Below, piece by piece: positions 13,080-25,778 of a DNA stretch of 64,000 bases (position 1 is its first letter; each line of letters starts with the position of its first letter). The DNA lies in assembly GCA_951406725.2 (NCBI GenBank), contig OX597814.1, positions 115,320,001-115,384,000 of the forward strand, in the 5' to 3' direction. The notes under the pieces were generated by a model. That model had not been told where the DNA came from, did no database searches, and worked only from the letters and a program-made list of their open reading frames with translations. This stretch comes from Octopus vulgaris. Lineage: Eukaryota. The position numbers and the translations under genes were made by a program.

Positions 13080-13863
13080 CTCTCGGTATATCAACTCCTG
13101 TGCTTGACTGATACTGATTTTATCGACTCAGAAATGATGACAGACCAAGTCGACCTCGGCAGAATTTGAACTTAGAACGTAAACCCGAACGAAATGCGGC
13201 TAATCATTTTGCCCGGTGTGCTAACGATTCTGCCAGCTCACCACCTTAATAATAACACTTTCTACTATAGGCACAGAGTCTGAAATTTTGTGGGGAGGAG
13301 TATAGTCGATTATATCGACTCCGGTATTTGACTGGTACTTATTTTATCGACCCAGAAAGGATAAAAAGCAAAGTCAACCGCGGCAGAATTTGAACACAGA
13401 ACATGAAGACACACGAAATGCTGCTATGCATTTCGCCTAGCGTGTTAACGATTCTGCCAGCTCGCCGCCTTAAAAATAGCACTAATAAAAAATAATAGTA
13501 CTTTCTACTATAGGCATTAAGAACCATTTGCATACTGGGGTCGATGTAATCGACTGGCCCTCCCCCAAAATTTCGGGCCTTGAGCCTAGAGTAGAAAAGA
13601 TTATTATTATTATTATTAAGGTGGCGAGCTGGCAGAATCGCTAGCACGCCGGGCGAAATGGTTAGTGGTATTTCGTCTGTCGTTATGTTCGTCTGTCGTT
13701 ATGTTCAAAATCCAGAGCCTGGATTTTGAAGGAAGGCGGGCAGTCGATCATATCGACCCAAGTGTTTTATTGGTATTCAATTTATCGACCCCGAAAGGAT
13801 GAAAGGCAAAGTCGACCTCAGCGGAATTTGAACTCAGAACATAAAGGATGGAATGCCGTCGCC

Positions 13864-13922
<59 letters not shown>

Positions 13923-14249
13923 GAATTTTTCGCAGGATTCTTGAAGCATGACCAGTAAACAAATGTCACCTTAGACTGCCAGCTGTGGACAGCTGACACT
14001 TTCCATCATATCCAGCAAAATAAGCTGTGAGTTTTTATATAATAATCTTTTCTACTATAGAAAAGCCTGAAACTTGGGGGTAGGGGTCTAATCGATTACA
14101 TCGACCCCAATGCTCAATTGGTACTTAATTTATCAAAAGGATGAAAGGCGAAGTTGACCTCGGTGGAATTTGAACTCAGAACATAACGACAGACGAAATA
14201 CCACTAACCATTTCGCTCGGCGTGCTAGCGATTCTGCCAGCTCGCCACC

Positions 14250-14287
<38 letters not shown>

Positions 14288-14478
14288 CTTTTCTACTCTA
14301 GGCTCAAGGCCCGAAATTTTGGAGGAGGGCCAGTATGCAAATGGTACTTAATTTATCGACCCAGAAAGGATGAAAAGCAAAGTCGACTTCAGCGGAATTT
14401 GAACTGAGAACATAAAGACAGATGAAATACCGCTAAGCATTTCGCCCGGCGTGCTAACGTTTCTACCAGCTCACCGTC

Positions 14479-14530
<52 letters not shown>
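13080..14530. mobile_element. cluster of at least six SINE family B copies (GGCGAGCTGGCAGAA...GCCTTTCATCCTTTCGGGGTCGATAAA) in (TAA)n
   Basis: The same family occurs at about 5730-5940, 16435-16620, 26390-26593, 27625-28216 (tandem triplet), 35561-35657, 45162-45348, 53030-53255 and 59904-60135. Confidence 0.88.
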
Positions 14531-14656
14531 TAATTTCGAAGTTTCAAGTTATTAAGCTTGAATTTGGCCAATGACTTCGGGAGAAAGCACGGTGGCTTCG
14601 CTGTCCAAATTCTTTTTCACTATATCAATGATAGTCAGTAACAGAAGCTCACAAAC

Positions 14657-14743
14657 CTTTTTATTTGCCCATGGACAGAGAGTACCAAAAAGTATCATTC
14701 CTGTTAAAGGACCTGAAAAGGAGGAAACCAAAGTGTCTCCAAT
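14657..14743 (-). CDS. SLC5 exon (87 nt, IGDTLVSSFSGPLTGMILFGTLCPWANKK)
   Basis: GPxxG...PWAN motif. taccag acceptor and gtttgt donor. Lies inside ORF 14552..14833. Confidence 0.94.
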
Positions 14744-16307
14744 CTGGTAAACATAGAAGGAAGAAGAATAAATGCAAAATGAATTAGACAAATCTAATGT
14801 CATGTGTGAAACACAAATTTGTGTGTACAACATTACATAAATAATTATTTAAATTTAATTAACTAATTGATTTCGATCGTTGCTTCTCAATCAAGATAAA
14901 TTCTCAATATTTTGAAAACAGTATGAGTTATTTCAGGAAAAATACCGCAGTAATTGGCCTATTGACAGTGTATACATATTAAGTATGATATATATGTGGC
15001 TATTTTAATTAAATACTGCCTCAATTACATGTTCTGGATTTTTAATCAGCTGGACAGCTTTTCGCAACATCAGAGGATATTTCATTCACATTTTTTAAAT
15101 GTCAGAAACGATGAGCTCTCGTCAAAGCAAGTGGTTGGCTGCAAGTACACGCCATTAAAGAGGTCCAAAACGGTCGAAATACATATGTCATTCTCGCGAG
15201 CCGCTGCGGGGATGAATTTTTGCCTCTTTTATATTTATTGTGTTTTTAACACTACAAGTGCGTATGAGATGTTAGTTCTGTACACATACTACAGTAACTG
15301 GCCTATCAGCCGTGTATGTGCGTTGAGTATGATCCATAAATAGCTATCTCTTTCTTATGCCCGGAGATCTATCTGATGCTGAAGATAATCCAGGCTTTTC
15401 AGCAGTAGTGTGATACAAGCCACGCCTAAGACATATTTTTCAGTTAAATTGACAAGAATAATTGAATAAGAGCAAGAATAACGAGAATGGTAATACAGTA
15501 TTAATTACAATCCGCTTAACGACATATTGCATCTTTTATATTTGACTTTCCACCTGGTTTAACACCTCCATCAGGTCTCTGGGAGTCTTTCGCGGAGCGC
15601 ACTCTGTCGCAAGCATTCGGACCGGATCATTTTCCAGCAACCATGGCGGTAGGAGACCTGGATAACATCCGCCAACCAGCAATGGAGATTCTAAAATTGT
15701 TATGGGCACCGCTTATGTTTCCTTTCCTGGCTAAGGCATTAAAATGATTAGGGTGTGAGAGAAGAAAGTTTTGATATTGATACCTTTGGAATCTCCATTA
15801 ACAACACATACTGGCACTCCGTCGGTTTCGACGAAGAGTTGTTCCAGTTGACACCCGATCAGCGAAACAGCCTGCTCGTGAAATTAATGCGCAAGTAAGT
15901 GGCTCAGCACTCACCAGACACGTATTTCTCGGGGAGATTCAGTGCGACACAGAATGTAACAAAGCTGGCCCTTTGAAATACAGGTAAACTCAACTCGTCT
16001 TTGCCAAGTGAGTGAACTGAAACAACGTGAAATAAAGTTGCCTTGTTCGCTAGAATCGAACACACGACGTTCCGATCGTTAACTGAATATCTTAACCGCT
16101 AAGCCACGCGCTTTCTCAACGTCATCAACTGCTTATAACAGCAGCAGCGAGGAAACAGTAAAAACTAATTTATTTTAATATAAAAAAACATGGAGGGCAA
16201 AGTGGACTCTGAAAATGAAAGGATTAAATTAAATAACGCAATGTATTTTGACGGATGCCATTGACGCCTCCCTCGACGGTTGAAAATTAAGTATTGATTT
16301 CACTTAC

Positions 16308-16378
16308 TTGTGTGAGAGTTCCACCAATATTAGAAACCAATACTGCTACTCCTAGCGACATCAAACCGTAGATAACCA
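16308..16378 (-). CDS. SLC5 exon (71 nt, V-VIYGLMSLGVAVLVSNIGGTLTQ)
   Basis: ttttag acceptor and gtaagt donor. Encodes a hydrophobic TM segment, and the phases fit. Confidence 0.93.
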
Positions 16379-17718
16379 CTAAAACCGACAAAAAAGATAT
16401 TTAAAAAAAAGGAATTAATGCTTATCTTTAATATTCATTTCTACTTTAGGCACAGGGCTCGAAATTTTGCGGAAGGAGGCGTAGTCGATTATATCGACTC
16501 CAGTGTGTAACTGGTACTTATTTAATCGACCCAGAAAGGATGAAAGGCAAAGTCGACCTCGGCGGAATTTGAACTCAGAACGTAACTGCAGACGAAATAC
16601 TGTTAAGCATTTCGCCCGGCTTATTTCTTACGCATATATTCAACAAATACATTGAGATAAAAAAAAATCGTCGTCATACAAATTATTGCATAGCTCTGGT
16701 TAAGTGTAATCGGTCACAAAAGATAGGGTGGAATTTTAAGAAGATTTAGCTGCCGTTTCTAGTACATCTGATGGCTGCATAGAGTAGGCATGGGCAACCT
16801 TTTTCGAGGAGTGGGCCGCATGAGACATGGCTCGTCGTAAGGTGGCCCGCATTACTAGAAAAATAAAAGGAAAATTTTCGTTTGGCGCGCCATTCAGAGA
16901 GTCCCGCAAGCCAGACTACCAAATAATTTTTGAAGTCACGCGAGCTGCTGTGGTGCCTTGTCGGCTTCATAGGTTATCATTATTTAAATAAAACGTTTCT
17001 GCCAGCTCGCCGCTTTTATTATTACTAGTATTATTTTATTTGCTTCTTTCAGTCATTGAACTGCGACCATGCTAGAGCATGGTGCTCTAGCATGGTCGCA
17101 GTTCAATGAACAAATCGATGCCAGCATTTGCTCTTGTTAAAACTGGTACGTATTCTACCGTCTTTTTCAACTAGACTGCTAAGTTACAGGGACGTAACCA
17201 AATCAACACCGGTTCCAATGTGGTGTGGAGGAAAAGACTCACACATACACTCGCGCACATACATGCAGTTTCAGAGTTTTCGGATCGCGTGCGTAGGCAC
17301 GAATTTGATTGATCATCTTCAGTTGAACGACCGAAATTTCAAAATATTCACATCCCGGCCTATTTATTCGGTTGAAAACCCCAGTCAAAATAATTCGAAC
17401 AAGGATCATTGAAAAGATATGCAAACGATATAAATATTACTAAAAATGATATTACTATCCAGCAAACGCACCATAAAAAGTAAAATTATAAATACAAAGC
17501 GAATGTACACGAAGTACGATCATTGCTAGAAATAGCAACTAGTAAGTTGTCGGTGCTATGTAGAGCTTCACTGAATGTTTAAAGGCAGAGATGTTTGCTG
17601 GCGGTGAATATAGGAAAATTCTATCTTACCTCTACGAAGACTGTGAGAGGTACATTCGATTTGTATTTATTCGTTGTTGGATAATAATATTATTTTTAAT
17701 AATTATTTATATCTCTTG

Positions 17719-17819
<101 letters not shown>

Positions 17820-18203
17820 GTGTGTGTATACGTACGTATATATTTATATATGTATATTTTATGATTTAGCAGTCCTTGCATGAAATTTTTGTCGATTTTT
17901 TAGACAAATATTACCCTGACGAGTTTCATATACATAAATGTGAAATTTTTATAAATTCGCTAGTGGATATGAATCAAAACAAATTGTAGGGTATATATTT
18001 GTTTAGATTATTTGGTATATTACATTATATCATATTGTGTTATATCTTTTTATAGTATGATTATATTATATTACAATGTTAATAAATTTATATATTAATT
18101 GTATTTCTCCATTTCCTTTAACATTTACATATATACATTGGTAGATAGACAGATATACGTATGTATGTATGTATGTATGTATGTATGTATGTATGTATGT
18201 ATG

Positions 18204-18238
<35 letters not shown>

Positions 18239-18452
18239 GCATACACATGCATACATATAAACAGGTATGTATACTATTATATAATAGTATACATGCCTGT
18301 TTACATGTATGCATGTGTATGCGTGTATGTATATATATATATTTATACATATATATATACATATATATATACATATATATATACATATATATATACACGC
18401 ATACACATGCATACATGCATGTATACTATTATATATGCACATTCAAATATAC

Positions 18453-18591
<139 letters not shown>

Positions 18592-18625
18592 TTGCTATTG
18601 TCTATTGGAAAATAAATGAGTTTAC

Positions 18626-18738
18626 CTGCAGCTTTGCATACGAAGGTGGCTTTTGCTTCAGATGGTGATTTTAACATCGGTTGAAAAATATCTATCCATG
18701 TAATTGTAGAAAGACTACTAAGACCAGACGACATAGTA
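18626..18738 (-). CDS. SLC5 exon (113 nt, [37 protein letters not shown])
   Basis: Completes the LSTxSS Na2-site motif. tttttcag acceptor and gtaaac donor. Confidence 0.95.
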
Positions 18739-18835
18739 CTGAAAAAAAAATTAATATAAAAATATCAAAGGTGAAATGGAATCTGTGAATGAGGGTTGGT
18801 AACAAACATCAGTATTCTTTCATCCTTTTACTTGT

Positions 18836-18890
<55 letters not shown>

Positions 18891-19161
18891 TATTAATATT
18901 AAGATATATATATTAATATTAATATTTTCTAAAGATTTTTCCTCGTAAACTGTTTTAACATTTTCTCATTATTATCAAAGAATGTATATATGTATTGCAA
19001 TATTTTGTGACAACCAGTACTTAACACAATAAAGCTTTTACATTTGACAATCTTTTTCTAAAAAAGTGAAACCGGTCAAGTGAATAAACATCTTTTAAAA
19101 TTGCATTTTCAAATATTTCATATATATTTCCACTCGTGCGGTATCTTACAACTTCACTTTG

Positions 19162-19202
<41 letters not shown>

Positions 19203-19449
19203 TATATACATATATGTGTCTGTGTGTATTTATATGTGTGGGTACGTATATATATATATATATATAAAATTAGAAAAACAAACACCTTTTATCAATTCAA
19301 AATGAACAATTAAATTACACCATCTAGAAAATGACATATAATAGAAATATTAAAATTAAAATAACAATAAAATGTCAATGATTAAGTAAATTGCAAAAAC
19401 TAATAATAAAAACGTATTTGTAAGTTTGGATTTTATTCCTCAAATATTA

Positions 19450-19504
<55 letters not shown>

Positions 19505-19728
19505 GTTTCACGCTCCACTAGTATAGTAACCGTTTGATTACTGTGTCTTAAGCGCGGAACTTATAGCGAATCACATTCAAATCCTAATTTTTTTTAAATG
19601 ATGTTTATCTCTGGATGGATAACTTCTCGGTCGATGCTACCGTAATGAAACTGTACACTATATGTACGTGTGTGTCTCTGTGCGTGTATACATAGATATA
19701 CACACATACACATAAACGCGTGTGTGCG

Positions 19729-19763
<35 letters not shown>

Positions 19764-20113
19764 TAATAAGAAGCGCAGAAAACATAATTGGTATTTTTAA
19801 GCCTCTCATAGCTTAAGCGTGTTTCCCCCAGACGACTAGTAATGCTATGCAAACCGACTGAACGCTTTTTTCGGCATTAGCAGCAAAAGAAGTACAATAT
19901 CTTGTGTAGTGTATGCCTTTATATACCCCAGTTATGTTAAATGGGATATGTAAGTAATGTGGGATAGCGGAATAGAAGTTGATAGAAGGAGAAATGAAGG
20001 GATAATGTTAAGAGGAGAAAATAAAAAGGAAAAGTGAGGAAAGCAGTAATGGGTATGTAGACCCATTCAGAGGTAGTGGAGTAAAATGGAGAAAGTGATG
20101 TTTACTAGCCATA

Positions 20114-20201
<88 letters not shown>

Positions 20202-20219
20202 TGTAGTAGCAGCAGCAGC

Positions 20220-20255
<36 letters not shown>

Positions 20256-20402
20256 TGTAGTAGCAGCAGCAGTAGTAGTAGTAGTAGTAGTAGTAACAGC
20301 AGCAGTAGTAGTAGTAGTAGTAGTTGTAGTAGTAGTAGTAGTAGTAGTAGTAGCAACAGCAGCAGTAGTAGTAGTAGTAGTAGTAGCAACAGCAGCAGCA
20401 GC

Positions 20403-20442
<40 letters not shown>
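20114..20442. repeat. compound (GTA)n/(GCA)n trinucleotide microsatellite
   Basis: Direct reading. It generates the spurious poly-Y/T/V/L ORFs. Confidence 0.97.
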
Positions 20443-20696
20443 ATTAAGGTGAATTGCATATATCAAGATGTGAGAATAAGAGCGTTGATTTGTCTGTATT
20501 GACGTTTTAATTGTATTTGGTTCGATTGAGGTTCGATTTGGCAGGCACAGCGTTTAGCTATTGTCTATATAAACAGGTGTGTAAAACATTTTCATTCTCA
20601 TGGTGCCAAACCAAGCGAATACATACAGGAGGAGCTAAAGGTGAATCTATTTTTTAAGTGTTTATATTAGAGTCATACAAGAAATACTGTCCTTAC

Positions 20697-20785
20697 CTCA
20701 GACATGCACTGAATAATGCTGCCACGAATAACCCGGGCATTCCTCTCCAGTTTTGGAAAAGCATCAACATATAATAAGGCATGAT
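20697..20785 (-). CDS. SLC5 exon (89 nt, IMPYYMLMLFQNWRGMPGLFVAALFSACL-S)
   Basis: PGLFVAxxxS motif. ttttgtag acceptor and gtaagg donor. Not in the ORF track; read by hand. Confidence 0.95.
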
Positions 20786-21673
20786 CTACAAAACAAATAA
20801 TAACACAATACATATGATGAGTTTCAATTAACAGTTTATTGTTGTATTTGGTGATAAACTAGCAAACGATGAAATATCTACGAGATTAATTTGAAATGCT
20901 AGAAGTAGCTACCAATTTTTTGTCTTATCCCTGCTTAGTGTCCAAAACATGTACACACACACACACACACACATGTATATATATGTAGATGGAATTTTAA
21001 AATGTTTGTATTATTTTCGTGGTATTTTAGTACGTCCTTTGGAGGCGCAATGCCCCAGTGGTTAGGGCAGCGGACTCGCGGTCGGAGGATCGTGGTTTCG
21101 ATTCCCAGACCGGGCGTTGTGTGTGTTTATTGAGCCAAAACACCTAAAAGCTCCACGAGGCTACGGCAGAGGGTGGTGGCGATCCCTGTTGTACTCTTTC
21201 GCCACAACTTTCTCTCACTCTCTCTTCCTGTTTCTTGAGTAACACTGCGATGGACTGGCATCCCGTCCAGTTTGGGGGCACACATACGCCACAGAAACCG
21301 GGAAACCGGGCCGATCAGCCTGGCTAGGCTTGAAAAGGGCAACGTTTTTTTTTTTTTTTAATACTTTATCATCTCAAATTTTTATTACACCAAAATATTA
21401 TAACTTTTAAATGTAAATTCACTGCGGCTTATATATCACATCGATATTTATCTATTTATGTGTATCTTTACATTTATATATTTGGAATTTTTATTTCCGT
21501 TTTATAAATGTAGTAAAATATATGTATGTACTTGATTTTCGAATAAGGTTATTAATTATGTTCCTCTAGTTTCCGCTTGCATTGCCTCCATTCAAATTAT
21601 TAAACGGAATATAGACTCCAGTCTGTATTTTATTTGCAAGTATTGTTAACACTAGCAAACTCAAAATAAAGCA

Positions 21674-21737
<64 letters not shown>

Positions 21738-21739
21738 CA

Positions 21740-21772
<33 letters not shown>

Positions 21773-22241
21773 GCAGTGTACATATATATATATATATATA
21801 TAGCAGTGTACACACACATATATATATATATATATAAAAGAAAATAAGAAAATAGAGAGGTAATTGAATTAATAATTATTTAATAATTATAAAATAGGAG
21901 CCGCACACACAACACACTGGGTCATGAAAATCTTAAAGGTACATCTTTAACCACCTCTGATGATATTCAGCTTTAAATGTTTTTAATTATCCTAATAAAT
22001 TTCTAAAAGTCTTGAATCGAAACAACTGTGTGAGATGATGTTCTGTTTTATAATTAATAAATAATTATTAATTTATTATCTCTTTATTTTCTTATTTTCT
22101 TAAAAATATATAAAAACTTTGGTTTACCCAGTTATCTTAAAGTTGAGTATCAATATTAATATTCAATACTTCTTGTAATATGTAATAAACCAGTATATTC
22201 ATTAGATTTTATTATCCTTTAATGAGGTTTCTAGCCTTTGA

Positions 22242-22276
<35 letters not shown>

Positions 22277-22934
22277 GTGATTAATGAATCTGTATAGAAA
22301 GAAGTTGTTCTTTATTAGGGATATGTTATCCAAGTGTTAATCAGTTTTGCACTAATATCGATTAACGATACTGGAAATTTGTGTATATGAACTATTGTTT
22401 ATTGTTGATTCTTCTTCAAGATTAGTAGTTTATTCCTCTGAAATTCCAATTGTCGCTATGGGGATTTCCATCATTTTCAATATAAGAGAAAAAAGTTTCA
22501 AATTCAAAGAAAATGGAGAATACATGCATAGAATAATAAATTTATCATCATCGTCTAATCAAATTAATAGGTTCATTCATATTGCCTACGCTGCGTTTCG
22601 GCTGATTGCTGTCATTCATATTTACACTTTTAAAGTTCATTATAAAGTTGTAAAAATCAAAAAGCCTCTTCGGGGAATGATTGACTGATATTTTTTACAT
22701 CCTAACGGAAGGAGAGTTTATTTCGATTGAATTGTAGTATGTGCGTCTTTGATTCTGTTCTAAAAATAGCTAAAACTTGATTTTTTCGACCTTATTGAAC
22801 AAGGGATAAGCATAGTTCAGGTCATGTCACTATTCTACTCTTTTGGTAGTACCGATTAACTGTTTATAAGCCTGCCACAACATTTCATCCTATTCAGTAT
22901 GCCCATAACACATTCTTCTACGTCCATATTCCAC

Positions 22935-24270
22935 CCATTTGGTCAAATGACATAAACCTTCATAAAAATCATTCTAAAAATAATACAATATGGTTCATAG
23001 TACTTTTCACAAAGCAAATTAGCACTAATTTAGTGAAATTATTCTACAAAGCCGCCTCTAAGCATTTTTCAGGAAAAAATAGAGCCCATAAAATAATAAA
23101 CTCACACAAATTGAGGTCCGGTTTTTGCATATCAAAAAACAAATTATTGCTGCGCAAAATGTTAAAAGATTAAATGATTTCTACAATAATAGGAGTAAGG
23201 AAAAGAAAAATGAATTATTAACTGACCAAAATGGCGAACAAATCAGCGATATTGTGAGTTACACGATAAACGAAGGAAGGGAAATAACTCTAAGGGACTC
23301 CTCGCTATCATCTAAACATATGAACATATTATCTATAAAAGGAAGAAGCAATAAGCATAATATTTACTACAAAATTGATAATATAAATATAATTATTGAT
23401 AATATAGATATAAGTACAAATACTAACAGTAGCAACAACAATCATAAAAGAAAAAACAATAAAAAGTATTGGGTTAAGCAAAGAAAACATTGACAAAGAG
23501 GATAGTAACGAAAGTAGTAAACAAACTAACGTAATTAATCTTAGGTTAATGGTAAAGACTCCAAACAGAGAAAATAAATATAATGAGGATAACTCTGAAG
23601 GCATAGACTACAAGCACAACATTATTAGCAAAGAAACAAGGAGCACTATCAAAAATAAAACTTGCGATTGCGCTAAAGGAAAACGATGTCCATTAAATTA
23701 TTTCCGTTTTATAAATGTAGTAAAATAAATGTATGTACTTGATTTTCGAATGAGGTTATTAATTATGTTCCTCTATTTTCCGCTTGCATTGCCTCCATTC
23801 ATAGACTACAAGCACAACATTATTAGCAAAGAAACAAGGAGCACTATCAAAAATAAAACTTGCGATTGCGCTAAAGGAAAACGATGTCCATTAAATTATT
23901 TTTGCAGGGTAAAAGGAGTTCTATATGGGTGTACGTTTATATCTGAGAGACAGGATTACTACTATATAGGTTCTACGGAAAATTATATAGAAAGAAGGAT
24001 AGCTAATCAGGAAAGAAATTTTAAGGATATACAATAAGAGGCTAGCACCAGTCTAAGTAAACTAATTTGGTCAATTAAAGACTATAAACTTACGTGGGAA
24101 ATAATGAACCAAGCAAAATCTTAGAGCTTTGGGAAAAAAGCTGAGAAGTTTGCGTCGTGGTAATTTACCAGATTCTTAAATCAAAACGCAAATTAATCAA
24201 CAAGAAGGAAAGTGGACTCAGTTGCGTTCATAAAGTTAAATATACATTTAATAAATTTAAATTGATATAG
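22935..24270 (+). mobile_element. Penelope-like element relic (linker, Cys motif and GIY-YIG endonuclease; Neptune/Naiad-like)
   Basis: Translates as IWF...STN...KHF...KIIN..., then CDCAKGKRCPL..C..KGVLY...YYIGSTE...RI.N...F, then TSLSKLIW.IK...W.I. Stops and frameshifts are present. Confidence 0.85.
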
Positions 24271-25695
24271 TTAAAATAAATAATTCCTATGAATCGTACA
24301 TCTATATTATGAATTAAATAGACCAATATATATGTATGAACCCAACCTATCAACTAATATATTTGAAATAAATAAGTATATTTACTAGTAACTAATTTAA
24401 ATTTTACAAAAAAAATAAGTATATAATACTGTGAATATGAAATAAACGAATAAAGTAACAATTAGGTACATACCTAGATTTATTTTATCAATAAAGCGCA
24501 GGAGCGGCTGTGTGGTAAGAAGCTTGCTTACCAACCACATGGTTCCGGGTTCAGTTCCACTGCGTGGCACCTTGCGCAAGTGTATTCTACTATACCCTCG
24601 GGCCGGCCAAAGCCTTGTGAGTGTATTTGGTAGGCGGAAACTGAAAGAAGCCCCTCGTTTATATACGTGTGTGTGTGTGTATGTATGTATGTATTTGTAC
24701 GTCTGTGTTTGTCCACCCACCATCGCTTGACAACCGATGTTGGTGTGTTTATGTCCTCGTACCTCAGCGATTCGGCAAAAGAGACCGATAGAATAAGTAC
24801 TATGCTTACAAAGAATAAGTCCTGGGATCTATTTGCTCGACTAAAAGCGGTGCTCCAGCATGGACGCAGTCTAAATGACTGAAACAAGTTAAAGAATAAA
24901 AGGATAAGCGCGTAGCGGAATATATTATGAACATGGTGAATAGTATGAAAAGTAGGGGCGGGCTTGTAAGCCTAAATAGTTTATCAATTTGGCTAAATTA
25001 CTAGAGTATATAGAGGCATACAATACACAAGATATTGTACTTTTTGGCAACTAATACCGAAAAAGCGTCCAATCTGCTTGCACAACATTACTAATCGGCT
25101 GGGGGAAACGCGCTTAAGCTATAAGAGGCTTAAAAATACTAATTATGTCTTCTGCGCTTCTTATTACAACACACACACACACGTGTGTGTATGTGTGTAT
25201 ATCTATGTATAAACACACAGACATACACTCCATATATAGCGTACAGTTCCATATGGTAGCAACGACAAGAAATTTATATATACTCTTTACTCTTTACTCT
25301 TTTACTTGTTTCAGTCATCTGACTGCGGTCATGCTGGAGCACCGCCTTTAATCGAACAACTCGACCCTCGGACTTATTCTTTTGTAAGCCCAGTACTTAT
25401 TCTATCGGTCTCTTTTGCCGAACCGCTAGGTAACGGGGACACAAACACACCAGCATCGGTTGTCAAGCAATGCTAGGTGGACAAACACAGACACACAAAC
25501 ACACACACGCATATTTATATATATATACATATATACGACGGGCTTCTTTCAGTTTCCGTCTACCAAATCCACTCACAAGGCTTTGGTCGGCCCGAGGCTA
25601 TAGTAGAAGACACTTGCCCAAGGTGCCACGCAGTGGGACTGAACCCGGAACCATGTGGTTGGTAAACAAGCTACTTACCACACAGCCACTCCTGC

Positions 25696-25778
<83 letters not shown>

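Noticed and set aside
20008-20502. Long poly-Tyr/Thr/Val/Leu ORFs, and many YI/HT/LSIY/TYLP-repeat ORFs elsewhere
   Set aside because: They are translations of microsatellites, open in several frames at once, with no splice or domain support.
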